Origin: an uncultured Clostridia bacterium
GTDB lineage: Bacteria > Bacillota > Clostridia > Oscillospirales > Ruminococcaceae
Direction of reading: 5' to 3'
Assembly (NCBI GenBank): GCA_947072265.1
Contig: CAMTHN010000001.1
Location: forward strand, 1 to 41,008
DNA: 41,008 bases
Positions 17,485 to 26,327 of the stretch are shown in pieces; the first letter of the stretch is position 1; each line of letters begins with the position of its first letter. Both the position numbers and the translations under genes were made by a program. The notes beneath the pieces are model-generated. The model searched no databases and was not told the DNA's origin. It saw only the letters and a program-made list of their open reading frames with translations.

Positions 17485-18144
17485 ATGGATAAAAAGATAA
17501 AAATTTTTTGTGGATATTATGGAAGCGGAAAAACAAATTTTGCTATAAATTATGCAATAAATATGAAAAATATAGGATATGATATTTTAATTATTGATTT
17601 AGATATAATAAATCCTTATTATAAAATAGCTAATTACACTAAAATTTTTAATAAATATGGAATAGAATATATTATTCCGCTCTGTTCTAATTCAACTATT
17701 GATATTCCTTCTTTAAGTCCTGCTATAGGGATGAGGCTAGATAATTTTAAAGGAATTATTATAATTGATATGGGTGGAGATGGAGCAGGAAGTTTGGCAA
17801 TTGGACAATATAATAAACTTATAAAATCTAGAGATTATGATATGTTTTATGTTTTTAATCTTTATAGAAATCATATGACAGATGGAAAAGATATATTAAA
17901 AAATATATTGGATATAGAAAAATCTAGTAGATTAAAAGTTAAATATTTAATAAATAATTCTAATATAGGAGATCAAACAAGATTAGAAGATATAACATGT
18001 TTATCTAATGAAGAGTTTGAGATAGAAAAAATTACGAATAAAAAAATTATTTATAGAACAATTAATCAAAAATTATTAATTAATGATAAAAAATTAGATA
18101 ACTTTTATCCAATTGATATATATGTAAAAAAAATATGGGAATAG
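17485..18144 (+). CDS. atypical MinD/ParA-class (SIMIBI-like) P-loop NTPase of unknown function
   Basis: Walker A GYYGSGKT, a switch-I-like IIDLDIINP and a Walker-B-like IIIDMGGDGAG. Strong AAGGAGGA Shine-Dalgarno. Only 13 nt separate it from the next gene. Confidence 0.7.
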   Translation: MDKKIKIFCGYYGSGKTNFAINYAINMKNIGYDILIIDLDIINPYYKIANYTKIFNKYGIEYIIPLCSNSTIDIPSLSPAIGMRLDNFKGIIIIDMGGDGAGSLAIGQYNKLIKSRDYDMFYVFNLYRNHMTDGKDILKNILDIEKSSRLKVKYLINNSNIGDQTRLEDITCLSNEEFEIEKITNKKIIYRTINQKLLINDKKLDNFYPIDIYVKKIWE

Positions 18145-18157
18145 AAAGGGATTTTTT

Positions 18158-18364
18158 ATGGCAAAACTAACAATAGATAAAGATAGATGTAAGGCTTGTG
18201 GATTATGTGTATCTGTGTGTCCAAAAAAAGTTTTAAAACTTTCTGAAGAAGAGTTTAATATAAAAGGATATACGCCTATAAAGATTGTAGCTATTGAAGA
18301 TTGTATAGCCTGTGGAATGTGTGGAATGATCTGTCCAGATTATGTAATTAAAATAGAAAAATAG
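18158..18364 (+). CDS. 2-oxoacid:ferredoxin oxidoreductase delta subunit (2x[4Fe-4S] ferredoxin)
   Basis: Two cluster motifs, CKACGLCVSVCP and CIACGMCGMICP, in 68 aa. Confidence 0.85.
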   Translation: MAKLTIDKDRCKACGLCVSVCPKKVLKLSEEEFNIKGYTPIKIVAIEDCIACGMCGMICPDYVIKIEK

Positions 18365-18373
18365 GAGGAAATT

Positions 18374-19441
18374 ATGAAGAAAAACACCTACCTTATGAAG
18401 GGAAATGAAGCGATAGCAGAAGGGGCGATTAGAGCTGGGTGTAAGGCTTTTTTCGGATATCCAATAACACCTCAGACAGAAATAGCAGCGTATATGTCAA
18501 ATAAAATGAGAGAGTCTGGTGGAGTTTATTTACAAGCTGAATCCGAAATTTCTGCGATAAATATGGTTTTAGGAGCAGCAGCAACGGGGACAAGGGTTAT
18601 GACATCATCATCATCTCCGGGAATAAGCTTAAAAACTGAAACTATTTCTTATATTGCTGCTTCCGATCTTCCGTGTGTTATTGTGGATATCCAACGAGCA
18701 GGACCAGGCTTGGGTGGTATACAGCCTTCTCAAGCAGACTATTTTCAGGTTGTAAAAGCTTTAGGACATGGTGATTTTTATTGTTTAGTATATGCTCCAT
18801 CTGGTGTTGGAGAGGCTGTTAAAATTATACATAAGGCGTTTGATAAAGCTGATCAATATAGAATGCCAGTTATTATTTTGGCGGATGGAATATTAGGACA
18901 GATGATGGAGCCAGTTTGTTTTGATGATGAGGTTAAGCAAGATAAGCTTGTTGAAAAAAATTGGTCAACATCTGGTCATCAAGAAAAAAGACCGCCTAAT
19001 ATAGTTAATTCTCTTATTTTAAATGTAAATAGTTTAGAACAAAAAATTATAGATAGATTTAAGAAATATGAAGATATAAAATTAAATGAAATTATGGTAG
19101 AGGAATACCTTATTGATGATGCTGAGATAGTTATTATTGCCTATGGATCTACGGCGAGAATAGCAAAGACAGCGGTGGATAGTATGCGTTCGAATGGAGA
19201 AAAAATTGGAGTTTTAAGACCAATATCTTTATGGCCTTTTCCTGATGATAAAATAGAAGAAATTTCTAAAAAAGTTAAAAATATATTGGTTGTAGAGATG
19301 AGTATGGGGCAGATGATTTTAGATGTTAAGGCGGTTGTTCAAGGCAGATGTCCTGTTGATTTTTGTGGGAGAACAGGAGGAAATGTTCCAACTCCAACTG
19401 AAATTATCGATAAAGTTTCTAGTATAAAAAAGGAGGATTAG
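18374..19441 (+). CDS. 2-oxoacid:ferredoxin oxidoreductase alpha subunit
   Basis: GNEAIAEGAIRAGCKAFFGYPITPQTEI at the N-terminus is typical of OFOR alpha subunits. The substrate (2-oxoglutarate or branched-chain) cannot be assigned from the sequence. Confidence 0.88.
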   Translation: MKKNTYLMKGNEAIAEGAIRAGCKAFFGYPITPQTEIAAYMSNKMRESGGVYLQAESEISAINMVLGAAATGTRVMTSSSSPGISLKTETISYIAASDLPCVIVDIQRAGPGLGGIQPSQADYFQVVKALGHGDFYCLVYAPSGVGEAVKIIHKAFDKADQYRMPVIILADGILGQMMEPVCFDDEVKQDKLVEKNWSTSGHQEKRPPNIVNSLILNVNSLEQKIIDRFKKYEDIKLNEIMVEEYLIDDAEIVIIAYGSTARIAKTAVDSMRSNGEKIGVLRPISLWPFPDDKIEEISKKVKNILVVEMSMGQMILDVKAVVQGRCPVDFCGRTGGNVPTPTEIIDKVSSIKKED

Positions 19442-20194
19442 ATGAAAACTGTATTTGAAAAAACAAAAGGACTAACCGATGCAATAACCCATTATTGTCC
19501 AGGATGTACTCATGGAATATCCCATAGAATTGTTGGAGAAGTTTTAGAAGAATTTGAAGTTTTAGGAAAAACTGTTGGAATTGCTTCTGTTGGATGTTCG
19601 GTTATGTCATATGATTATTTTAATGTAGATATGATTCAGGCACCACATGGAAGGGCTCCAGCGGTTGCCACAGGTGTTAAACGAGTTTTACCTGATAATA
19701 TAGTTTTTACATATCAAGGGGATGGAGATCTAGCAGCTATAGGTACAGGAGAGGTTGTTCATGCTGCAGCAAGGGGAGAGAATATAACTGTTATATTTAT
19801 AAATAATGGGACATATGGGATGACCGGAGGGCAGATGGCGCCAACAACTCTTTTATCACAAGTTACACAAACAACACCTAAAGGAAGAGATAAAAATAAC
19901 GATGGATTTCCTATAAGAATTTGCGAAATGCTATCTACATTAGAAGGGGTTGTTTATGCAGAAAGAACAGCGTTGGATAGTCCTAAAGGGGTTATGCAGA
20001 CTAAAAGGGCGGTTAAAAAAGCCTTTAAGTCGCAGATAGAAAAAAAAGGATTTAGCATAGTTGAAATTCTTTCTACCTGCCCAACCAATTGGGGATTGAC
20101 AGCTGTAGAATCTTTAAAATGGGTTAAAAAAGAGATGACTGATTATTATCCTTTAGGAATTTACAAAGATAAAACAGAGAAGGGGGTTTTTTAA
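19442..20194 (+). CDS. 2-oxoacid:ferredoxin oxidoreductase beta subunit (TPP-binding)
   Basis: CPGCTHG and the TPP motif GDGDLAAIG...NNGTYGMTGGQ. Confidence 0.9.
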   Translation: MKTVFEKTKGLTDAITHYCPGCTHGISHRIVGEVLEEFEVLGKTVGIASVGCSVMSYDYFNVDMIQAPHGRAPAVATGVKRVLPDNIVFTYQGDGDLAAIGTGEVVHAAARGENITVIFINNGTYGMTGGQMAPTTLLSQVTQTTPKGRDKNNDGFPIRICEMLSTLEGVVYAERTALDSPKGVMQTKRAVKKAFKSQIEKKGFSIVEILSTCPTNWGLTAVESLKWVKKEMTDYYPLGIYKDKTEKGVF

Positions 20195-20195
20195 A

Positions 20196-20726
20196 ATGGA
20201 AGGAAAAACTCTTTTTGCTGGATTTGGCGGACAGGGAATTTTATTTGCTGGAAAAGTTTTGTCTTATATCGGTTTAATCGATGATAATAATGTTAGTTGG
20301 TTGCCTTCTTATGGTCCTGAGATGAGGGGGGGGACGGCAAATTGTAGTGTTTGTATATCAAAAAAACCTATAGGATCTCCCATTGTTTTAGAGCCGGAAA
20401 ATTTGATTGCTATGAATATTCCATCTTTTAAAAAATTTGAAGAGAGTGTTTGTGTAGGGGGAAATATAATATTAGACTCTTCTTTAATAAAAGAGTCTAA
20501 AACTAGATTAGATATTTCATATTATGATATTCCAGCTACATATCTGGCTAAAAAAAACAATTTAGAAAAATTAGGAAATATAATTATACTAGGAAAATTT
20601 TTAAAAGTTATAGGATATAGAGATAAAGAATCCGTCGCTAAAGGAATAGAAAAATCTGTTTCAAAAAAACGAAAAGATTTGATAGAAAAAAATATAGAAG
20701 CTTTTGAAATAGGATATAATAATTAA
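20196..20726 (+). CDS. 2-oxoacid:ferredoxin oxidoreductase gamma subunit
   Basis: FAGFGGQGILFAGK near the N-terminus and a size of 176 aa. It abuts the beta subunit. Confidence 0.85.
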   Translation: MEGKTLFAGFGGQGILFAGKVLSYIGLIDDNNVSWLPSYGPEMRGGTANCSVCISKKPIGSPIVLEPENLIAMNIPSFKKFEESVCVGGNIILDSSLIKESKTRLDISYYDIPATYLAKKNNLEKLGNIIILGKFLKVIGYRDKESVAKGIEKSVSKKRKDLIEKNIEAFEIGYNN

Positions 20727-20820
20727 ATGGAAATTTAATTGAAAAATAATGGGATAAAAAAGCCTTTTGAGTTAATAATACATGTAAATAGATTATATAT
20801 TGCTCAATAGGAGGGCTTTT

Positions 20821-21363
20821 ATGAAAGCTACAGGAATTGTTAGAAGGATAGATGACTTGGGAAGAGTTGTTATTCCTAAAGAAATTAGAAGGACTATGAG
20901 AATAAGAGAAGGAGATCCCTTAGAGATATTTACAACTGCACAAGGGGAGATTATATTTAAAAAGTTTTCCCCAGTTGGAGAGCTGTCTACATTTGCATCT
21001 CAATATGCAGATGTTTTATATAAAACTACAGGAATTCCTGCGATTGTTTGCGATAAAGATGTTGTAATTGCGGCTTCTGGATCTGGCAAAAAAGAAGTTG
21101 TTGAAAGAAGGATTACGTCTACTTTAGAAGATATAATGAAGAATAAGAAAAGCATAGCATATACAAGTGAGGATATGCATAAGGTTGTTCCTGTTGAGGG
21201 GTGCTTAAAACATATTTTGGTTTGTGCACCAATCACATTTTCTGGGGATGTTGGTGGGGCAATTATGTTTATTTCTACAGATGAAAACACCGTTGCGACA
21301 GAGTCACAGGTAAAGTTGGTTCAGGTCGCTTCTATGTTTTTAGGAAAACAGATAGAGGATTAG
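20821..21363 (+). CDS. spoVT: stage V sporulation protein T (AbrB-family regulator)
   Basis: SpoVT/AbrB swapped-hairpin N-terminus MKATGIVRRIDDLGRVVIPKEIRRTMRIREGDPLEIF plus a GAF-like C-terminal domain. The ATG at 20821 follows TAGGAGGG. Confidence 0.85.
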   Translation: MKATGIVRRIDDLGRVVIPKEIRRTMRIREGDPLEIFTTAQGEIIFKKFSPVGELSTFASQYADVLYKTTGIPAIVCDKDVVIAASGSGKKEVVERRITSTLEDIMKNKKSIAYTSEDMHKVVPVEGCLKHILVCAPITFSGDVGGAIMFISTDENTVATESQVKLVQVASMFLGKQIED

Positions 21364-21370
21364 AAACAAG

Positions 21371-21399
21371 TTGAAAATCTTTTTTAATAATGTTATAAT
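21371..21399 (+). promoter_or_regulatory. candidate promoter of the rimP-nusA-infB operon (TTGAAA, 17 nt, TATAAT)
   Basis: Hexamers at 21371-21376 and 21394-21399. Confidence 0.45.
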
Positions 21400-21423
21400 G
21401 TTATAAGATAATGATATTTTAAA

Positions 21424-21458
21424 ACGAAAGACTGGGAGATATACACCCAGTCTTTCGT
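21424..21458 (+). promoter_or_regulatory. leader stem-loop upstream of rimP (candidate attenuator or processing site)
   Basis: The 13-bp perfect stem ACGAAAGACTGGG / CCCAGTCTTTCGT has a 9-nt loop. It lies between the candidate promoter and rimP. The nearest T-run (21476-21480) is about 18 nt away, so it is not a canonical terminator. Confidence 0.5.
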
Positions 21459-21463
21459 CTACG

Positions 21464-22000
21464 TTGGAGTTGTTGTTTTTGAAAAAAGGTAAAAGTTCGG
21501 AAAAATCAGGAGGAAAAAAAAATACAGCTTATAGGGTTCAACAGTTTGTAGAACCTCTGATTTTGGAAAATAATCTTATTTTATGGGATGTTCGTTTTGA
21601 AAAAGATGGATCATGTTGGTTTTTAAGAGTTATGATAGATAAGCAGGATGGTCATGTAAATTTTGAGGATTGTGAAAAAATTAGTAGACCCCTTGATAAA
21701 CTTTTAGATGATGCCGATTTTATAGAGCAGACTTATTTTTTAGAAGTTTCATCTGCTGGTATAAATAGAGAGCTGAAAAAATCATCTCATTTTGAATATT
21801 CTAAAGGAAAAAAAGTTTTAATAAAAACTATCAGACCGGTCGAAGGAGTTAGAGAGTTTTTAGGAACTTTAGAAAAAGTCGAAGATGATATTGTTTATAT
21901 AAAACAAGAAAATGAAATAATATTTTCTCATTGTATAAAAGATTGTAGCTATATAAAACTAGAAGAGAGTTTACCGATGGAGGAAATTACTTATGAATAA
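21464..22000 (+). CDS. rimP: ribosome maturation factor RimP
   Basis: The pattern VEPLILENNLILWDVRF...WFLRVMID and the position before nusA support the call. The start is uncertain: only in-frame TTG codons are available (21464, 21470, 21473, 21479). The TTG at 21479 lies 9 nt after GGAG. Confidence 0.8.
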   Translation: MELLFLKKGKSSEKSGGKKNTAYRVQQFVEPLILENNLILWDVRFEKDGSCWFLRVMIDKQDGHVNFEDCEKISRPLDKLLDDADFIEQTYFLEVSSAGINRELKKSSHFEYSKGKKVLIKTIRPVEGVREFLGTLEKVEDDIVYIKQENEIIFSHCIKDCSYIKLEESLPMEEITYE

Positions 22001-23228
22001 TGAATTCTTTGATGCTTTAGAGATGTTTGAAAAAGAAAAGGGAATATCGCAAGAATACCTTTTAGAAAAGATAAAAACAGCAATTTCTATAGCTATAAAA
22101 AAAGATTATAATTTGTTAGATAATTTTAAAATAGAGCTAGATAATATTTCTAGAAAATTTAGAGTAAGTATTATTAAAAAAGTTGTTGTTGATGTTGAGG
22201 ATAAATCGGAGGAGATTAGTCTAGAAAATGCATTAAACCATAATAAAAGAGCAAGACTAGGGGAGACAGTAGAGATAAAGTTGGACACAAAACAGCTTGG
22301 TAGAATAGCTGCACAGACTGCAAAAAGTGTTATAAAACAGTCTATTCGAGATGCAGAAAGGGTTCAGCTTTTAGAACAATATAACGAAAAGGTAGATAAA
22401 ATTATTTCTGGAGTTGTTTTGAAGATAGACCCTAGAAATAGAAATTTAGTTGTAGAGAGTGAAAAACATGAGATCACACTTTTTGCAAATGAGCAAATTC
22501 CAGGAGAAACTTTTATAGAGGGAGATCGTATAAAAGTATATGTAACTGGGGTTATATCTACTGAAAAAAAATGCAACATGAAAATTTCTAGGGTTCATAA
22601 AGATTTTGTTAAAAAATTATTTGAGTTAGAAGTTCCAGAAATAAATGATGGCGTTGTAACAGTTCAAGCCGTTTCTAGAGAAGCAGGAAGCAGATCCAAA
22701 ATTGCCGTTTATACATTGGACGGGGATGTTGATCCAGTTGGATCTTGTATTGGGTCTAAAGGGATGAGAATTTTAAATATTGTTAAAGAGTTAAATGGTG
22801 AAAAAATAGATATAATAAAATATAATGAAAATATGGAGCAATTTATATCTGAAAGTTTATCACCATCTAAAGTTATTTCTACAAAAATTTTGGATGAAGA
22901 AGAAAAGACTTGTCGTGTTATAGTTCCAAAAGACCAACTTTCTTTGGCAATAGGGAATAGAGGACAGAATGCAAAACTTGCTGCAAGGCTTACAGGATAT
23001 AAGATAGATATTATATCTGATGAAATGGAGCTAGAGAATATTAGAGAAGCAGAAGAACTCGATATTAAGGAGAAGTCTGAAGTTAGTATGACAGATGAAA
23101 GCTTAGAGGCTGAAGCTAGTATGACAGATGAAGGTTTAGAGGTTGAAGCTAGTATAACAGATGAAGGTTTAGAGGTTGAAGCTAGTATAACAGGTGAAAT
23201 CTTAGAGGTTGAATCAAAGGATGTATAA
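21993..23228 (+). CDS. nusA: transcription termination/antitermination factor NusA with a repeat-containing acidic tail
   Basis: NTD, S1 and two KH domains (GSCIGSKGMRI and AIGNRGQNAKLAARLTGYKIDI). It overlaps the rimP end by 8 nt. Confidence 0.95.
   Translation: MNNEFFDALEMFEKEKGISQEYLLEKIKTAISIAIKKDYNLLDNFKIELDNISRKFRVSIIKKVVVDVEDKSEEISLENALNHNKRARLGETVEIKLDTKQLGRIAAQTAKSVIKQSIRDAERVQLLEQYNEKVDKIISGVVLKIDPRNRNLVVESEKHEITLFANEQIPGETFIEGDRIKVYVTGVISTEKKCNMKISRVHKDFVKKLFELEVPEINDGVVTVQAVSREAGSRSKIAVYTLDGDVDPVGSCIGSKGMRILNIVKELNGEKIDIIKYNENMEQFISESLSPSKVISTKILDEEEKTCRVIVPKDQLSLAIGNRGQNAKLAARLTGYKIDIISDEMELENIREAEELDIKEKSEVSMTDESLEAEASMTDEGLEVEASITDEGLEVEASITGEILEVESKDV
23079..23210 (+). repeat. 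4 x 33-bp in-frame tandem repeat inside the nusA 3' end
   Basis: Units at 23079-23111, 23112-23144, 23145-23177 and 23178-23210. They encode EVSMTDESLEA, EASMTDEGLEV, EASITDEGLEV and EASITGEILEV. Confidence 0.9.
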
Positions 23229-23344
23229 CAGAATAATTTGAAAATTTTAATATTTCTGTTTCTATAATTTTCTAAATTATATTTATTATATTGTTTATTA
23301 TATAGGGGGATGTTAAAATAGAAATTATAAAGACTGTAAATCGT

Positions 23345-23590
23345 ATGTGCGGAGGGTGTAGAAAACTATACCCTCGAACTAGCCTCATTAAAATTGTTCT
23401 TAAAGATAAACGAGATGTATTTATAGATAAAACATATAAACAGGATGGTCGTGGATGCTATGTTTGTAAAAATAATGAATGTTTTACTATTTTTAAAAAG
23501 AAAAAAGTCTTAGAAAGAAGCTTTAAGAAAAAAAAATTAGATGAAATATACATGGATATAGAAGAGGAGATACAATTTTTTGGGAAATAA
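23345..23590 (+). CDS. ylxR: YlxR/DUF448 RNA-binding protein
   Basis: CGGCRK...DGRGCYVC (the GRG-A/C-Y motif) and the position between nusA and the L7Ae-like gene. The N-terminus may be longer; see findings. Confidence 0.8.
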   Translation: MCGGCRKLYPRTSLIKIVLKDKRDVFIDKTYKQDGRGCYVCKNNECFTIFKKKKVLERSFKKKKLDEIYMDIEEEIQFFGK

Positions 23591-23894
23591 CTTTGGAAGT
23601 CTGCTTGGTTTGAGTAGAAAAGCAAATTTTTTAAACTATGGATTTGAAACTGTAAAATCACTTGTTTTAAAAGGTGAAGTTAAAGTTATCTTGATTACAT
23701 ATGATATATCAGATAAAACAAAAAAAGAAATAAATTATTTTATTAAAGATTTGTCTATACGTTTAATAGAAACAGAATATTCTATGGAGGATATTGGTGT
23801 TTTTATAGGAAAAAAGACAAAAATAATTGGTCTTAAAGATGGTGGATTAACGGATAAAATCATATCAATATATAATTTGGAAAAAAAAGATTAG
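23580..23894 (+). CDS. ylxQ: L7Ae-family ribosomal-protein-like protein (YlxQ type)
   Basis: LLGLSRKANFLNYGFETV...KVILITYDIS resembles B. subtilis YlxQ. TTG start 10 nt after GAGGAG, overlapping the ylxR end. Confidence 0.75.
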   Translation: MGNNFGSLLGLSRKANFLNYGFETVKSLVLKGEVKVILITYDISDKTKKEINYFIKDLSIRLIETEYSMEDIGVFIGKKTKIIGLKDGGLTDKIISIYNLEKKD

Positions 23895-23906
23895 GAGGAC
23901 TTTTAT

Positions 23907-26297
23907 ATGGTGATAAAGTATAGAGTTCATGAATTGGCGAAAGATTTTAATATAGATAATAACGAAATAATTGAAGTTTTAAGTAGAAAATTTGGGTCTA
24001 ACAAAAAATATATGGCGGCTCTTACGGAGAGAGAGCTTAATTATGTTTTTGAATATTATATAACAAAAAATGAGAAATCAGATTTTAATGAATATTTTGA
24101 CCTTAAAAATAAAAAGATAGATATAGATAATGAAAAATCTATTGTAGACAAAAATATAAAATCGGATAGATTTACAAAACAAACAGAGCTAATAACAGCA
24201 AATAAAAGTAGAATAGAAAAGCCGTCTATCCAAAAAGGACAAGAAAAAGAAGATGATTCTAAAGATAATACAATAAAAATTACTATGAAAGATTCTGGCG
24301 ATTCATCAGCTAGATACGAAAAAGAAGTTACGCATATTGATACAAAGGCAGTTGCTGTAAATCTTGATAAATATAATGAAAAATATGAAAGAATTGCACC
24401 AACTAATAGTTTTAATAATTCTAAATTTACACAAAGAAAACAAAAATTTCAAAATAAAAATAATAAAGGCGGATATCAAGGGATAAAAAAAGGAGAGACA
24501 GAGGCTCAAAAATTACAAAGATTGGCTTTGGAACGAGCTAGAAAACAACAATTAAAAGTTTTAATTCCAGAAGAAATTTCTGTTTCTGATTTAGCGATAA
24601 GACTAAAAGTTTCATCAACTCAAGTTATAAAAATATTGATGCCTTTGGGAATTATGGCTAGTCAAAGTGAAATTATAGACTTTGATACAGCAAGCCTAGT
24701 TGCAGAAGAATTGGGAGCAAGGGTTGAAAAAGAAATTGTTGTAACTATAGAAGAAAGATTATTTGATGAAACAGAAGATGTTGAAGAAAATTTGGTTACT
24801 AGAAGTCCTATTGTTGTTGTTATGGGACATGTTGATCATGGAAAAACATCTCTTTTAGATAAAATTAGAAACTCTGATGTTACAAGTGGAGAAGCAGGAG
24901 GAATTACTCAGCATATAGGTGCATATAAAGTTGCTATAAATGGCAGAGATATTGCTTTTTTAGACACACCAGGACATGAAGCTTTTACATCTATGAGAGC
25001 TAGAGGTGCATCTGTAACCGATGTGGCAATCCTAGTTGTAGCTGCAGATGATGGAATTATGCCACAGACAATTGAGGCGATAAACCATGCAAAAGAAGCA
25101 AATGTTGCTATAATTGTGGCGATGAATAAGGTTGATAAACCAGGGGCGAATATAGAAAAAATAAAGCAAGAACTTACAGAGCATGAGCTTGTTCCAGAAG
25201 AATGGGGCGGGGATATAATCTGCTGTCCTGTATCTGCAAAAACAGGAGAAGGAATTGAAAATCTTTTGGAGATGGTTTTATTAGCATCTGATTTAAGAGA
25301 TTTAAAATGCAACCCTAATAGGCTAGCAAAAGGAACAGTTATTGAAGCGAAACTTAATGTAGGTAAAGGTCCTGTTGCAACAATTCTTGTACAAAATGGA
25401 ACTTTAAGAGTTGGGGATGCGATAATTGCAGGAACATCAGTTGGAAGAGTTAGACTAATGGTTGATGATAAAGGAAGAATAGTTAAAGAAGCAGGGGCAT
25501 CTACACCAGTAGAAATTACTGGTCTTGGAGAAGTTCCATCTGCGGGAGACTTATTTAACTGTGTAGAAGATGAAAAATTGGCAAGAGAACTAGCAGATAG
25601 AAGAAAACATAAAGAAAAAGAAGAAAAATTCAAATCTATAACAAAAGTAACTCTTGACAGTTTATTTACTCATATAGAAGAAGGAAAGATCAAAGAACTT
25701 GGAATTATAGTTAAAGCAGATGTACATGGATCTATAGAAGCTATAAAAGAATCTTTGTTAAAACTTTCTAACGAAGAAGTTCGCGTTCGTATTATACATG
25801 GAGGAGTTGGGGCTATTTCTAAATCTGATGTTATGTTGGCAAACGCATCAGGTGCTATTATAATCGGATTTAATGTTAGACCACAGCCTATAGCACAGGA
25901 TGAGGCGGATAAAGATGGTGTTGAACTTAGGTTATATCGTGTTATATATGATGCGATAGATGATGTAAGACAGGCTATGAAGGGTATGTTAGATCCAAAA
26001 ACTAGAGAGATCAACTTTGGACGAGTTGAAGTTCGTCAGGTTTATAAGATTACAAATGTAGGAACTATTGCAGGGTGCTATGTAATTGAAGGAAAAGTTG
26101 TTCGTTCTGCTCTAATACGCGTTGTAAGAGATGGAATAGTTATATTTGAAGATAAGATAGACTCATTAAAAAGATTTAAAGATGATGCTAAAGAAGTTGC
26201 ACAGGGGTATGAATGTGGAGTTGGTCTTGTGAAATTCAATGATATAAAAGAGGGAGATATTTTAGAATCCTTTACAATTGAAGAATATAGGGATTAG
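23907..26297 (+). CDS. infB: translation initiation factor IF-2
   Basis: G domain with [20 protein letters not shown] and NKVD, plus the conserved C-terminal domains. AGGAGGA Shine-Dalgarno. Confidence 0.97.
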   Translation: MVIKYRVHELAKDFNIDNNEIIEVLSRKFGSNKKYMAALTERELNYVFEYYITKNEKSDFNEYFDLKNKKIDIDNEKSIVDKNIKSDRFTKQTELITANKSRIEKPSIQKGQEKEDDSKDNTIKITMKDSGDSSARYEKEVTHIDTKAVAVNLDKYNEKYERIAPTNSFNNSKFTQRKQKFQNKNNKGGYQGIKKGETEAQKLQRLALERARKQQLKVLIPEEISVSDLAIRLKVSSTQVIKILMPLGIMASQSEIIDFDTASLVAEELGARVEKEIVVTIEERLFDETEDVEENLVTRSPIVVVMGHVDHGKTSLLDKIRNSDVTSGEAGGITQHIGAYKVAINGRDIAFLDTPGHEAFTSMRARGASVTDVAILVVAADDGIMPQTIEAINHAKEANVAIIVAMNKVDKPGANIEKIKQELTEHELVPEEWGGDIICCPVSAKTGEGIENLLEMVLLASDLRDLKCNPNRLAKGTVIEAKLNVGKGPVATILVQNGTLRVGDAIIAGTSVGRVRLMVDDKGRIVKEAGASTPVEITGLGEVPSAGDLFNCVEDEKLARELADRRKHKEKEEKFKSITKVTLDSLFTHIEEGKIKELGIIVKADVHGSIEAIKESLLKLSNEEVRVRIIHGGVGAISKSDVMLANASGAIIIGFNVRPQPIAQDEADKDGVELRLYRVIYDAIDDVRQAMKGMLDPKTREINFGRVEVRQVYKITNVGTIAGCYVIEGKVVRSALIRVVRDGIVIFEDKIDSLKRFKDDAKEVAQGYECGVGLVKFNDIKEGDILESFTIEEYRD

Positions 26298-26327
26298 TTT
26301 TATATATAAAAAGAGGAGGAGATTTTT

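Noticed and set aside
20727-20820. I looked for forespore sigma-G or sigma-F promoter hexamers upstream of spoVT.
   Set aside because: I could not place a GnATA / CATnnTA pair at acceptable spacing, so no promoter is called.
23079-23210. Regular 33-bp repeats that could superficially look like a CRISPR or minisatellite locus.
   Set aside because: The repeats are directly tandem with no spacers, and they are in frame within nusA, where they encode an acidic peptide repeat.
23310-23321. Mini-ORF ATG TTA AAA TAG immediately after the AGGGGGA upstream of ylxR. There is also a TTG-initiated 9-codon hydrophobic ORF at about 23239.
   Set aside because: The ATG abuts the Shine-Dalgarno with zero spacing, and the TTG ORF has no Shine-Dalgarno. 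Neither shows evidence of leader-peptide function.
24908-25633. A 241-aa ORF on the minus strand, plus another at 25670-26014, inside infB.
   Set aside because: Both lie antisense to the most conserved part of IF-2. Their translations are Ser/Thr/Pro/Ala-rich low-complexity strings with no Shine-Dalgarno. This is the typical shadow ORF of a purine-rich coding strand.
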